Source: Candidatus Gottesmanbacteria bacterium (GTDB lineage: Bacteria > Patescibacteriota > Microgenomatia > UBA10105 > UBA927). From it: DNA of 54,059 nucleotides. Under the pieces are notes generated by a model. That model was not told where the DNA came from, ran no database searches, and saw nothing but the letters and a program-made list of their open reading frames with translations. Numbering within the stretch: position 1 is the first letter of the stretch; every line of letters starts with the position of its first letter. This document shows positions 16,925 to 26,640 of the stretch, in pieces. The translations under genes and the position numbers were made by a program. Location: contig JAHFKK010000001.1 of the NCBI GenBank assembly GCA_023245335.1, positions 1,164,053-1,218,111 on the forward strand, read 5' to 3'.

Positions 16925-16933
16925 GAGGGAGCC

Positions 16934-17083
16934 ATGGGTATTTTTAGACTGTTTGGCGAAATGCTAAAAGATATTCCACGATGGTTCTGGATTGCTTTGG
17001 CGATCATCACAGCCATCCTAGTCGATTATCACTGGATTGAGATTTACCAGTGGCTCCAGAACTTGGCGGCGGAATTGTCGTAG
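16934..17083 (+). CDS. 49-aa single-pass membrane protein (not in the ORF track)
   Basis: AGGAGG SD; MGIFRLFGEMLKDIPRWFWIALAIITAILVDYHWIEIYQWLQNLAAELS*. Confidence 0.7.
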   Translation: MGIFRLFGEMLKDIPRWFWIALAIITAILVDYHWIEIYQWLQNLAAELS

Positions 17084-17242
17084 TTAGTCTAATCGACGCT
17101 TTTACAGGCCGGTTAGAAAACCATCCCAAAAGGAGGTGGTTACAGCCAATTTGTTCGTTGCACGTCGTCGTTAATCAACCCGGCCTCTCAAGAGGAAGGG
17201 ACTATTTCACATACTGTTGCCCATAAGGCACAGGAGGAAGTG

Positions 17243-18367
17243 ATGAACACAGGAATGAACCATCAGCGCACGAACCGTCGCACGCCAAAAACAGGGAAGA
17301 TGTCAGCCGCTGTTCCAGCGAGTATCATAATTTTGATCGTGCTCTTTGGAATCTGTGGCGCAACGTGGGGGATCTTGAGTGTGTTACGGCCCCAACAGCC
17401 GGTAGTCGCTGCGGCACCGATGCAAGTGAGCATACAGCAACAGATTGATGATGCTCATGCAACGCAGACCGCACAGATGCAAATCGCACAGGCGATCTTA
17501 GGTTCACCGACACCGACGGCACCCGCTGCTATGGCTAGCCCGACGAACGGTCCCGCCACTCAGGCGCCGACCAACACGTTGGTACCCGTTACAGCCACGA
17601 CTGGTGCGGTGGTAGTTAATACTCCGGCTTCTGCTGGGGCATCTGCTACGCCGTACTTGTTCGTCGACCCGGCAATTACACCGGCAGTCGGAACCACGAC
17701 TGGTTTCTGCCCGACGAGACGTCAAGTTGACGACTCGATTTTCGGCAAAAACGCTGACGGCTCGAGCAAGGACATCGTCGTCCAGGTCTCAAGTGAACCC
17801 GGGGGCTGGCAAGTCAACACCGGAAATCAGGCTAACTTCTATGACATCACGCTTCCTAGGGATGTCGGCCTGATTGCAACCGTCCATCAACCCGGACACG
17901 ATCAGGCACAGGAGTTTATCGGTGACGGCAAGCAATACCAGGCATTCCGCGGAACCTTCCGCTTTGCCGGCTGCTACCTTGCGTCGGACGATATGAACCA
18001 GCCTGATGCGGCCGTGAGGATCCTAGTCAAGGAGAACTACAATGGTACATTCCAAGACTGGATGATCGGCCACCGGATTCAGGATTGGACATTCGGCGTC
18101 ATACCCGGCAACTTTACCTGCCCTGCAGGTGTTTGCCCGACGGCCAATGTCACCGGCGGCGCTCCCGCATCATGCCCGCAATTTGCTGGCCACGATATGA
18201 CACCCGGATCTGACGGCGCTCCGTACTGCAAGTACAAAGGCACCGTACTGACCGGCACTGTTCCATCCGGCTGGAAAGCCGAATATTGGAACGGCTCAGC
18301 CGTTGTATATGCGAATGCTGGAGACAGCATCAAAGCTGGAGAGGTCACATATCGACCTGTCCAATAA
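17243..18367 (+). CDS. Membrane-anchored protein with a Thr/Pro/Ala-rich linker and Cys-containing extracellular domain
   Basis: AGGAGG SD 5 nt before ATG; N-terminal TM; PTPTAP-like linker. Confidence 0.85.
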   Translation: MNTGMNHQRTNRRTPKTGKMSAAVPASIIILIVLFGICGATWGILSVLRPQQPVVAAAPMQVSIQQQIDDAHATQTAQMQIAQAILGSPTPTAPAAMASPTNGPATQAPTNTLVPVTATTGAVVVNTPASAGASATPYLFVDPAITPAVGTTTGFCPTRRQVDDSIFGKNADGSSKDIVVQVSSEPGGWQVNTGNQANFYDITLPRDVGLIATVHQPGHDQAQEFIGDGKQYQAFRGTFRFAGCYLASDDMNQPDAAVRILVKENYNGTFQDWMIGHRIQDWTFGVIPGNFTCPAGVCPTANVTGGAPASCPQFAGHDMTPGSDGAPYCKYKGTVLTGTVPSGWKAEYWNGSAVVYANAGDSIKAGEVTYRPVQ

Positions 18368-18372
18368 GTTCT

Positions 18373-18577
18373 ACCCCATGGGGGCTGACCGTCGTGAGAC
18401 AGGACAGCCTCCATGCTATGGGGAAATTTTTATTTTGAGAGACATCTCTGTATGCACTTGTCACACGCGTGACGATTTTAGTTTGAGCCCTCTTTTGGGC
18501 TTAAACCTTTGGTTTATCCAATGATCGTCACGTGTGTATTTTCCAGGAAAGGATTGAAAAATCGTTTCCTGAAAAAT
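18373..18577 (+). promoter_or_regulatory. Structured intergenic or leader element (three hairpins) before the GT operon
   Basis: 11-bp, 14+10-bp and 7+4-bp stems; GTGA and GAAA tetraloops. Confidence 0.45.
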
Positions 18578-19372
18578 ATGTATAAACTCACTCTTATCAT
18601 ACCGTTTTATAACGAAACAGACCGTATTCAGGTCTGTCTAAACGCGCTGACTACATGGCGTGTTCCTCGCGGTGTTGTTTTAGAACAGGTGATATTCGTT
18701 GATGACGGAAGTAAAGACACTAGTCCTACTGTCGTTAAGCGTCATATTCCCGACCTCAAACGACACCTGCATACACAAGTGAAACTTATTTCCTATCGCC
18801 ATAACCGCGGCAAAGGATACGCCATAGCCAGAGGTATGCGGGAGTCCGACAGTGAATACAGCGTCTTTTTGGATGCCGATATAGCGACACCGCTATCTGA
18901 ATTGACCAAGATGCTTCCTGCAATGCGTCAGGGAACCGATATCATCGTGGGCACCCGGAAAAACGGTCATTCTACCGTCGGCGTACACCAACCTCTTTTC
19001 CGAGAACTCATGGGCCATGGATTTACCTTTTTGGCAAACAGCTTATTCCGGACGCGAGTCACGGACTTTACGTGCGGATTTAAAGCATTCTCCCGTCGCG
19101 CCAAAGACGCCATATTCCCCTACCTTATTTCCCACCGATGGGGATTTGACGTGGAAGCGATATTCGTGGGTAAACAACGTGGTATGAGCCTGCAAGAAGT
19201 TCCGGTCCGCTGGGATGATCAACGCGGCTCCAAAGTACAACTCTCAAAAGATATCGTACGCACAGGCTTTGAGTTGATACAGGTGCTTTTTGCATACACC
19301 ATTAAGCCCATGTCTCTATCAATTAAACCGGTAGCGGTGGTCCTGGATACGATTAAAACGTACGTTTTGTAA
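18578..19372 (+). CDS. GT2 polyprenol-phosphate glycosyltransferase (DPG/DPM-synthase-like)
   Basis: IIPFYNE, VDDGSKD, NRGKG, DAD, GSR-like GTR, DFTCGFK, WGFDVE. Confidence 0.92.
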   Translation: MYKLTLIIPFYNETDRIQVCLNALTTWRVPRGVVLEQVIFVDDGSKDTSPTVVKRHIPDLKRHLHTQVKLISYRHNRGKGYAIARGMRESDSEYSVFLDADIATPLSELTKMLPAMRQGTDIIVGTRKNGHSTVGVHQPLFRELMGHGFTFLANSLFRTRVTDFTCGFKAFSRRAKDAIFPYLISHRWGFDVEAIFVGKQRGMSLQEVPVRWDDQRGSKVQLSKDIVRTGFELIQVLFAYTIKPMSLSIKPVAVVLDTIKTYVL

Positions 19373-19376
19373 TCCT

Positions 19377-20657
19377 ATGAAACACAAAACATATTCACTG
19401 CTTGTCATATCAAGCTTCCCTCATAAGAACGAAACCCATGGCCAGGCAACGGTGGGAGTCGCTTCCTATACCAAAAATGTTCTGGCCTCTCTTCTCTCCT
19501 ACGCCAACAAGCACCGTAAACACGTCAAAATAAACGTCTTCGCTGAGCAACTTGATAACTCACCCCGAGCGTATGTTGACCATGGGATAACCGTACAGCG
19601 CCTATGGAAAAGAAACAATATCATTCCATTTCTTAAACTTATCCGCAAATGCATGCTTACACCCGCCGACACAACCCTTATAAGTTTTGAGTTCGCTATG
19701 TTTGGAGATCCGTGGACACTTATCCCATTTCTCCTCCTTCTCGCGACACTTCGCATCTCAAAGAGGCGCGTCGTCGTCGCTCTCCATCAGGTCGTAGAGG
19801 ATATTACCCAATTGTCCGGACATTTGGACCTGTCGGGTCGTTCCGTATGGTCCGATGCAACAAGCGTCGCTCTTGCCTTGTTTTATCAGATATTAGTGAG
19901 ACTAACGACGAAAGTGGTTGTGTTTGAAGACTCTCTGAAGTCCTATCTCGTCAAATTGACCAACCACGAGAACGTTGACGTCATCCCGCACGGGGTCGAA
20001 AACGTACCATCGGTTTCTCAGCAAACCGCCCGTAAGCGCCTACACCTCACCAAACGTTTTACCATTCTTTGTTTCGGATATATCGCCTGGTATAAAGGGA
20101 CAGACTGGGTTGTGAACTACATACATCAATACGCAAAGCGTCTGCATACTCCGATCCGCCTCATTATCGCAGGGGGGCCGAATCCGAATCGCGTTGGTCT
20201 TTCCTTTTACCGCAGGTACCTGCATCACATAAAACAACAGGCACTGCAAAGCGAAGACAGTGTTGTCGTAACCGGATACGTGCCGGAAAAAGACATTAAG
20301 ACATATTTTTCAGTAAGTGACGTCGTTGTTTTTCCGTATCGGATCATGATGAGCGCGAGCGGCCCGCTGGCTCTCACACAAGCCTATGGCAAACCCTATC
20401 TTCTCTCAACGGCATTAGCGCCAACGCTTGAAGCGGCTGACGCCACCCGGCAAATGGAAAATCTCGCACTATCTGAACGTCAGCTGACGTTTACCCTCAA
20501 TGAAACGGATTTGATACATCAAATCAAATTGCTCCAAACGAACCGCAAGCTTCGTACCCGGCTGGCGAAATTTTCGCGGAATATAGGACTATCTCGACGC
20601 CTTACCAACATAAACAGTATATGGTGGGATGAGCTCATGGAGGAAGACTACTTATGA
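19377..20657 (+). CDS. GT4-family glycosyltransferase
   Basis: VIPHG, FGYIAWYKG, SDVVVFPY...SASGPL..T.AYGKP. Confidence 0.85.
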   Translation: MKHKTYSLLVISSFPHKNETHGQATVGVASYTKNVLASLLSYANKHRKHVKINVFAEQLDNSPRAYVDHGITVQRLWKRNNIIPFLKLIRKCMLTPADTTLISFEFAMFGDPWTLIPFLLLLATLRISKRRVVVALHQVVEDITQLSGHLDLSGRSVWSDATSVALALFYQILVRLTTKVVVFEDSLKSYLVKLTNHENVDVIPHGVENVPSVSQQTARKRLHLTKRFTILCFGYIAWYKGTDWVVNYIHQYAKRLHTPIRLIIAGGPNPNRVGLSFYRRYLHHIKQQALQSEDSVVVTGYVPEKDIKTYFSVSDVVVFPYRIMMSASGPLALTQAYGKPYLLSTALAPTLEAADATRQMENLALSERQLTFTLNETDLIHQIKLLQTNRKLRTRLAKFSRNIGLSRRLTNINSIWWDELMEEDYL

Positions 20658-23584
20658 AACGCCTCACTCATATACTTCCTATCGTACTCCTCGCGCTTGT
20701 GTGGCTTATTGTCGTGGTGACAAACATGCATCCCAACACATGGTTATCAGGTTGGGACAACCTACACCCTGAATTCAACTTTCCGCTCAATATCAGCCGG
20801 TCAATATTCGCCGTGTGGCAGGAGTATCAGGGCCTCGGACTGTTGGGTGGGATGGGCCACGCGGCAGCTTTACCCCGGGAACTCATCTTGTGGATTTGGT
20901 CTCTGGTTATCCCTACGCAATATATCCGCTACGCCTGGACGTTTGCCATGCTCCTCGCCGGAATACTAGGCACGTACACACTCATATGGCACATTCTTGA
21001 CCGTATCAAAACTCCGTGGATTCGCGCGTTTGCAGCCTCGGCAGGAGCGCTATATTTTCTATTTAATCTCGCGACGGTACAGACGTTCTTTGCTCCGTTT
21101 GAAGCGTTTGTCACCCATTACGGCTTCCTTCCATGGTTATTGTGGAGTGACCTTCTGGTGTTGGAGAAACCGTCGAAACGCAGGACCATCCTGACGAGTT
21201 TTCTGCATACCATCGGAGCAACCCAAGCGTATATCCCGACGCTCTTTGTCGTCTATGGCATACTCCTTGGAACACTTTGCATAGATAAAATGATGAGGCT
21301 TGGTCGTGAATGGTTCATGATATTCAAACGCATTATCCTACTCGCGTTCATCATATTCTGTACTAATGCCTATTGGATGGGTCCATTTGGATTTTTTACC
21401 TTCACCCAAAGTCAGGTAACCGTGAATGCAAAAATCAATCAGATGGCGACCGATCAAATATATCAGCGTAATCAAGAATACGGAACCGTGTGGGATACGC
21501 TTATGCTTCGAAACTTTTGGTATTCCAATACCGACTACAATCCGCAAACCAGTCAAATGGAATATATGCTATCTGATTGGACTAAGTTGGATCATAATTC
21601 ATCGGTGACCGTGGCAAGAGTCATTACCATCGCTCTCATCCTCTCTGCGGCCGTGTACGCAATTACTGTGCCCTCATTGAGGGTTTGGGTGTATATAACA
21701 CTTTTGGGATTCACATTTGTTGCCTCGGGCACTCCGCCTTTCTCATGGCTTGATACAGCACTCAGAGATCACGTTCCGCTTCTCAAACAATTTTTCCGAT
21801 TCCCGTTTACAAAATGGAGCATTGCACTTGCTTTAGGATATGGCGTCCTTCTCGGCATTGCGGTGTCGCATCTCTTGTCATGGCTAAAAACGCGTTCGTG
21901 GATACAAATTGCAATTGCAGTGCTTTGTATCGGAGCACCCGTCGTAGGCGCCATCGGCATACTACAAGGCCACCTCATATCATCGCGCGTAGAGATAAAG
22001 ATCCCGCAGGAGTACTTTCAAACGTTTGACTACTTCAAAACGCAACCTCAAGGTCGTATCGCGCTCTTACCTCAACCTTCCTACTGGGACTGGAAATATT
22101 ATGCATGGGGAGAACTTGGATCTGGATTTCCCTGGTATGGCATACAACAGCCGGTCCTTGACCGTGCATTCGACGTATGGAGCAGCCAAGACGAAAATTA
22201 CTACTGGGAATTATCCTACGCCATATATCAAAAGAACCCAACCGTCCTTGCGGACGTGTTACATAAATATAATGTTCGATATATTATGATCGATTCTTCC
22301 CTTGTGCTTACAAGCAACGACCGGGCATTATTTATCGATGACACAGAAGCTTTATTGGCACAAATACCTGAATATCGTATTGACCAAAAATATGGGCATA
22401 TTACTATATATGTGCAAACATCCCCCACCGACCAATCGTTTGTACAGCTAACTCATGATCTCCCGGTAGTTAGTCCCCACTATTCGTGGACAGATAACGA
22501 CATGGCCTATCAGCTATTCGGCGATTACCGAACGCCGAATAACCCGATATCCAATACGGGGATCGTATTCCCCTACCGATCTCTGTTTACGAAGCGAGCC
22601 GTTGATGAACGGGATTTTCATGTCAATCAAACGAATGAAAATATCACCATATCATCTACGAATCCGATTGATTCCGATCTGATAACCCTTAGCCTGAAAA
22701 CAAATCTTGATTATACGTCGTCGGACCACCCGGAAGATCTCTCTCCTGCTAACTTTAAGGCTTGCGGGCTTCTGTCGACCGGCCAAATCCAGGCAACACC
22801 CATGACACAGGGGCTTACACTGAAAAGCCTTGAAGAACCGGGTTGTTTAAGCTTTGGTATATCGGAACTTCTCCATAATCAGGCATATCTTGTGGCTGTC
22901 GAATCGCGTCATGACTCAGGCAGGCAGCTCATGATCTCATTTATCAATCAAACTGCGAAACACGTCGAGCTGGAGGCATATCTCCCAGACAAATCAACGT
23001 GGGAAACAACCTATTTCATACTCCCTCCCCTTGCCTCAGACGGTCAGGGATATACCGTGTATCTTACCAACGAAAGTATTGGGAACGTCATAACGGTAAA
23101 CGACATCAAAAACATCAGTTTTTATACGTTTCCTTATCAACAAATGGTCTCTTTTCACCTTCCTGAAACAAATACGGCTCCCTCGAAACTAAACGACAAC
23201 CCAACAGCTTCGATCATATCGGTGAGCCACCCAAATCCGTCATATTATGAGGTGATTGCACATGTCGACGGACAGCCAACGACACTTCTACTTTCCCAAT
23301 CATATGATCCGAGCTGGAGAGCTTATGAAGTGCCCTGTGCCGGGAACCGAATAGTATGCCAAATCTCAAAGACATTTCCCTTCGTGTTCGGAAAAGAACT
23401 ATCGACGCACACGGAGATAAACAACTGGGAAAACGGATGGGTTCTGGATGGCTCCTCCATTGGTAACCCCGACATCGTCATTTTCTATCTTCCCCAGCTT
23501 TTGGAGTATGCAGGATTCGGTTGTTTCGCGGTTTTACTCGGATTCATTATTTGGAAAAGGCCGCAAGGACAGGATAATTCTTAA
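20654..23584 (+). CDS. Large polytopic membrane protein, GT-C/YfhO-AftD-like
   Basis: About 12 hydrophobic segments, FFRFPFTKW motif, large extracellular domain, LSQSYDPSW and NGW motifs, C-terminal TM; 4-bp overlap with the GT4 gene. Confidence 0.75.
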   Translation: MKRLTHILPIVLLALVWLIVVVTNMHPNTWLSGWDNLHPEFNFPLNISRSIFAVWQEYQGLGLLGGMGHAAALPRELILWIWSLVIPTQYIRYAWTFAMLLAGILGTYTLIWHILDRIKTPWIRAFAASAGALYFLFNLATVQTFFAPFEAFVTHYGFLPWLLWSDLLVLEKPSKRRTILTSFLHTIGATQAYIPTLFVVYGILLGTLCIDKMMRLGREWFMIFKRIILLAFIIFCTNAYWMGPFGFFTFTQSQVTVNAKINQMATDQIYQRNQEYGTVWDTLMLRNFWYSNTDYNPQTSQMEYMLSDWTKLDHNSSVTVARVITIALILSAAVYAITVPSLRVWVYITLLGFTFVASGTPPFSWLDTALRDHVPLLKQFFRFPFTKWSIALALGYGVLLGIAVSHLLSWLKTRSWIQIAIAVLCIGAPVVGAIGILQGHLISSRVEIKIPQEYFQTFDYFKTQPQGRIALLPQPSYWDWKYYAWGELGSGFPWYGIQQPVLDRAFDVWSSQDENYYWELSYAIYQKNPTVLADVLHKYNVRYIMIDSSLVLTSNDRALFIDDTEALLAQIPEYRIDQKYGHITIYVQTSPTDQSFVQLTHDLPVVSPHYSWTDNDMAYQLFGDYRTPNNPISNTGIVFPYRSLFTKRAVDERDFHVNQTNENITISSTNPIDSDLITLSLKTNLDYTSSDHPEDLSPANFKACGLLSTGQIQATPMTQGLTLKSLEEPGCLSFGISELLHNQAYLVAVESRHDSGRQLMISFINQTAKHVELEAYLPDKSTWETTYFILPPLASDGQGYTVYLTNESIGNVITVNDIKNISFYTFPYQQMVSFHLPETNTAPSKLNDNPTASIISVSHPNPSYYEVIAHVDGQPTTLLLSQSYDPSWRAYEVPCAGNRIVCQISKTFPFVFGKELSTHTEINNWENGWVLDGSSIGNPDIVIFYLPQLLEYAGFGCFAVLLGFIIWKRPQGQDNS

Positions 23585-23612
23585 TTCTCCTGATGCATTT
23601 AGCAATTAATCA

Positions 23613-23640
23613 TTTAGATTGCTAACGTTAGCAATCTAAA
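23613..23640. repeat. Perfect 28-bp palindrome
   Basis: TTTAGATTGCTAAC|GTTAGCAATCTAAA, no spacer. Confidence 0.9.
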
Positions 23641-23673
23641 AATAAGACTGATAATTCTTAATCGTTTAGCCCG

Positions 23674-23916
23674 TCAAAACGAGTTTTTTCCGTGGTGAGA
23701 TAATTTCCTTCGGCGGTCATTCAGCGCTTTAACCGGTCCGGATTCGCCGATCAGGACTTGATTCTGCCCCAGTTCGGACTTCGGCTTCTCATCCCGACTC
23801 GCATTGGCTTTCGCGTTCGCGGCAAGCGCTTCTTCTTCGATTGACGACGAAGGGACTCCCGGATGTGGAACGGTTGTATTCTCTGGAACTTCAGTTGCGT
23901 TCTTATGTTCTCCCAT
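23674..23916 (-). CDS. Hypothetical protein
   Basis: 80-aa ORF in a run of minus-strand genes. Confidence 0.5.
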   Translation of the reverse strand: MGEHKNATEVPENTTVPHPGVPSSSIEEEALAANAKANASRDEKPKSELGQNQVLIGESGPVKALNDRRRKLSHHGKNSF

Positions 23917-23934
23917 ATGGTATGGATAGTTTCA

Positions 23935-24279
23935 CTAAAAGGTAATCCGGTGATGTTGCCGACCGACCGGCCGCATGCGAGTAGTTGGCTCCGACCAGTG
24001 AGACACGGTCCCCACTGAAACCGGCTCCCCTTCTTTCATCCTCGTAAGTGTCTCTTCCGATATCCCCGGCGGGTCTCCAAACTGTAGAAGAGCTTCTACT
24101 TCTATCGGCGTATACGTTGCTGCTCTGCCCGGAAAAGGAGCCCCGATGTTGTTGGGGGCCATCGAGGAGTTGAGTTCGGGTAATGCGGTGGGTTGCCGCT
24201 CATCCATGGGAAAAAAGAGGGGGTACGACCAGCCACCAATACAATCGGATTTGAAAAACCATGGAGTACTAGTATGCAA
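23935..24279 (-). CDS. Hypothetical protein (true start may be the internal MDERQ)
   Basis: ORF in a minus-strand run. Confidence 0.45.
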   Translation of the reverse strand: MHTSTPWFFKSDCIGGWSYPLFFPMDERQPTALPELNSSMAPNNIGAPFPGRAATYTPIEVEALLQFGDPPGISEETLTRMKEGEPVSVGTVSHWSEPTTRMRPVGRQHHRITF

Positions 24280-24311
24280 AAATCGGTGTCCAGATGCAAG
24301 GGGTACGCGAC

Positions 24312-25922
24312 TTATGATTCCTTCTTCGTTTCCGGCTCGCGGGCGTGGGATGGATTCGTGCGTTCCGCTTCCCTAGCTTTGCGCTTTAACTCCTGGCGGG
24401 CATGCTTGGCGTTTGTCTGGATTGTCCGGTTCATACTATCTAGAATCCGGTCTTGCGGCGGCAGAATTACTGGTTTGGTCGACACATCGATGTGTACCTC
24501 CTTTATCTGCTGACCGAAATTTGGGGACAGATTGCTCTTTTGCTTAGCTTTCTGTGACGCTCTCTTTTCTAAAAACAATGCTTTATCCCGAATCGACTGT
24601 GACTGTCGTGCGTCATCTTCTTCATTCCGCGCAGCGATCCCCTCTAATGAAGTAGTTGCTGTACGGGGAGATTCTTTCAAGCGTCGCCTCAGGGGAAGAA
24701 TCCCTTTTTGAGTGGCTTGTCCAAAATCTTTTTGCTCTTCAAAGATGTCCGGTAATTGTTGTTTGAGACGCATGATGACCCGCTCTGCTTTTGATACAGG
24801 GAGATATTCTGACGCGAGAAACTCCTGCAATCCCTGTGCGGTAGCGCGGGGCAACCCGGGAAATCCTTCCCGTTCCAATTGGTCCAAAAACGCCTGACGC
24901 GCCTCTGGACGCTTTACGAAATTGGGCATAGCGTGATCTACCCAAACCTCTGCAACCCGACGCATAAGGCCGCGGCGATTCTTCTGGGAAAGGGCGCCTC
25001 TGTCTTGCGACAACACCCGTACTGCAGCACGCATCGCTTCATAAGCTTCCAGGGGGGGCGGCGTAGTATGCATTTTTTCCAACACAAAGTTAAACCCCGG
25101 CGATTCTTTCGGCGAAACAGCTCCATCCGATATTTTTGGCCCAATAGAAGAAATATCGGGGTGTAAATCCGCACGCATGAGTCCGGTGATATGCTTCGCG
25201 CGACCGAGCGGTACGTCAGAAGCCCGTAATATGCGCTTCATCCCGGGCGCATCGGCCTGAACCCAAAGATCATACAGTTTGGCGCCGTCAGCCGCACGAG
25301 ATCCCCAATGATGCTTTTTCGACGCATCAGCATGAGCACGGATGAATAGTTGTTTCATTCCGTTCCCAAGGTCTGTCCGGGAAGCGTCATCGCTCACGCG
25401 TGTAATGTCCCTGAATAAAGGGCTGTAGTCCGGATTATGTACGTTTGCCATGATGGTAGACAGTATGGCGGTAAGCCCCGCAATTTCTATAGGTTTCGCC
25501 CCGGTCCTGTCAGTAACCGCACCCCCAACACTGGTCAAGTATTGTGCAAGTTGTTTCGGCGGCTTCGGCAAGTCCACTTCAATGCGCTTCAGGTTACGGT
25601 CGGCTAAAGTTGTTTTCAACAATTCCAGTAATTTCTGTCCGGCGACGGCTGCACCAAATACTTCCGCTGTCGTGACTCCCACTGCGGCGTACGTCGCCGC
25701 CTCTTCAATTCCGACATGATGATCTATAAGCCACTGCCTTTGTTTGGAATTGAGTTTGGGAGCTACTTTTTCTACAGCTTCGAGTATCCTTCTTTTCCAA
25801 GCGCCGGGCCCCTGACTCTCTATTACTTTCTTCGTGCCATCCCACGCGCCATACAACACCTGTTTCACCCCGGTGTGCAAGGGTTCCCGATACGGCATTA
25901 CTGCTGGTGCGCTTTCTATCAT
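24312..25922 (-). CDS. Hypothetical 536-aa protein
   Basis: Long ORF; one Ala/Gly-rich hydrophobic stretch; charged C-terminus. Confidence 0.8.
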   Translation of the reverse strand: MIESAPAVMPYREPLHTGVKQVLYGAWDGTKKVIESQGPGAWKRRILEAVEKVAPKLNSKQRQWLIDHHVGIEEAATYAAVGVTTAEVFGAAVAGQKLLELLKTTLADRNLKRIEVDLPKPPKQLAQYLTSVGGAVTDRTGAKPIEIAGLTAILSTIMANVHNPDYSPLFRDITRVSDDASRTDLGNGMKQLFIRAHADASKKHHWGSRAADGAKLYDLWVQADAPGMKRILRASDVPLGRAKHITGLMRADLHPDISSIGPKISDGAVSPKESPGFNFVLEKMHTTPPPLEAYEAMRAAVRVLSQDRGALSQKNRRGLMRRVAEVWVDHAMPNFVKRPEARQAFLDQLEREGFPGLPRATAQGLQEFLASEYLPVSKAERVIMRLKQQLPDIFEEQKDFGQATQKGILPLRRRLKESPRTATTSLEGIAARNEEDDARQSQSIRDKALFLEKRASQKAKQKSNLSPNFGQQIKEVHIDVSTKPVILPPQDRILDSMNRTIQTNAKHARQELKRKAREAERTNPSHAREPETKKES

Positions 25923-25926
25923 ACGT

Positions 25927-25964
25927 TTCTTTTGTCAACTTTCCCAATTGGGAAAATTAACAAA
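25927..25964. repeat. Palindromic site 1 downstream of the PaaX/Cas2-like gene
   Basis: 34-bp palindrome at 25931-25964 (15/17 pairs) with perfect core TTTCCCAATTGGGAAA; 25927-25956 matches 26629-26658 at 27/30. Confidence 0.9.
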
Positions 25965-26013
25965 TTAATTTATTTTCCCTTCACCAAAATATATTTATAT
26001 ATATCTTTATATA

Positions 26014-26592
26014 TCATAATTTAAATATTTTCCTGAGATCCTCGTCGTTCTCCAAAGAGCATATAGTCGCAATCTTCACAAAATGCGGGATACCATATAC
26101 TTCCCGTAAAAATTGAATCTGCTTGTCGCAGGGATACGGATACACGTACACACTCTTTTGCATTTGATAAAAGCCTATCGATTTGAGGTGATCGCGAAAG
26201 GCGGCGCGGACATGTTCTTCACCGGATGGGATATCAAATATCACCATGCGCCACATACCATCCCAATGCGTTTGCGTCGGCACTTCCAGGTCATGCACAT
26301 CATACCGAAGTATTTCTGTTTTACCACGATCGGAAAGCGTCACGGCATAACCGCCGCGAGACTCCGTCACCTGTGCATATCCATGTCTCCAAAGTCGAGT
26401 CAATTGGCGATTTACTGAAGAAGGATAATAGACCTCCCAATCCGGCCCCATGTGGCTGAGCGGATGACGAAATTTAATGTGAAACGTGTCAATAACTTCA
26501 ATGGCCAATGAGGCTCCAGACTGGAGAAGCAACAACAATATTTCTTTCGTTATATGCTCATGCGGCTTGGATAGTTCACGATGTCTTGCCAT
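26014..26592 (-). CDS. PaaX-like regulator: winged HTH + Cas2-like domain
   Basis: LTRLWRHGY...TLSDRG wing; WDGMWRMVIFDIP...R..L...GF...QKSVYV. Confidence 0.85.
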   Translation of the reverse strand: MARHRELSKPHEHITKEILLLLLQSGASLAIEVIDTFHIKFRHPLSHMGPDWEVYYPSSVNRQLTRLWRHGYAQVTESRGGYAVTLSDRGKTEILRYDVHDLEVPTQTHWDGMWRMVIFDIPSGEEHVRAAFRDHLKSIGFYQMQKSVYVYPYPCDKQIQFLREVYGIPHFVKIATICSLENDEDLRKIFKL

Positions 26593-26610
26593 ACATTCCC
26601 TGCTCTCTAT

Positions 26611-26640
26611 ATTTTATGTGCTTCAGAATTCTTTTGTCAA
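26611..26640 (-). promoter_or_regulatory. Promoter of the PaaX-like gene
   Basis: Minus strand TTGACA-N18-TAAAAT; the -35 lies inside palindromic site 2. Confidence 0.6.
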
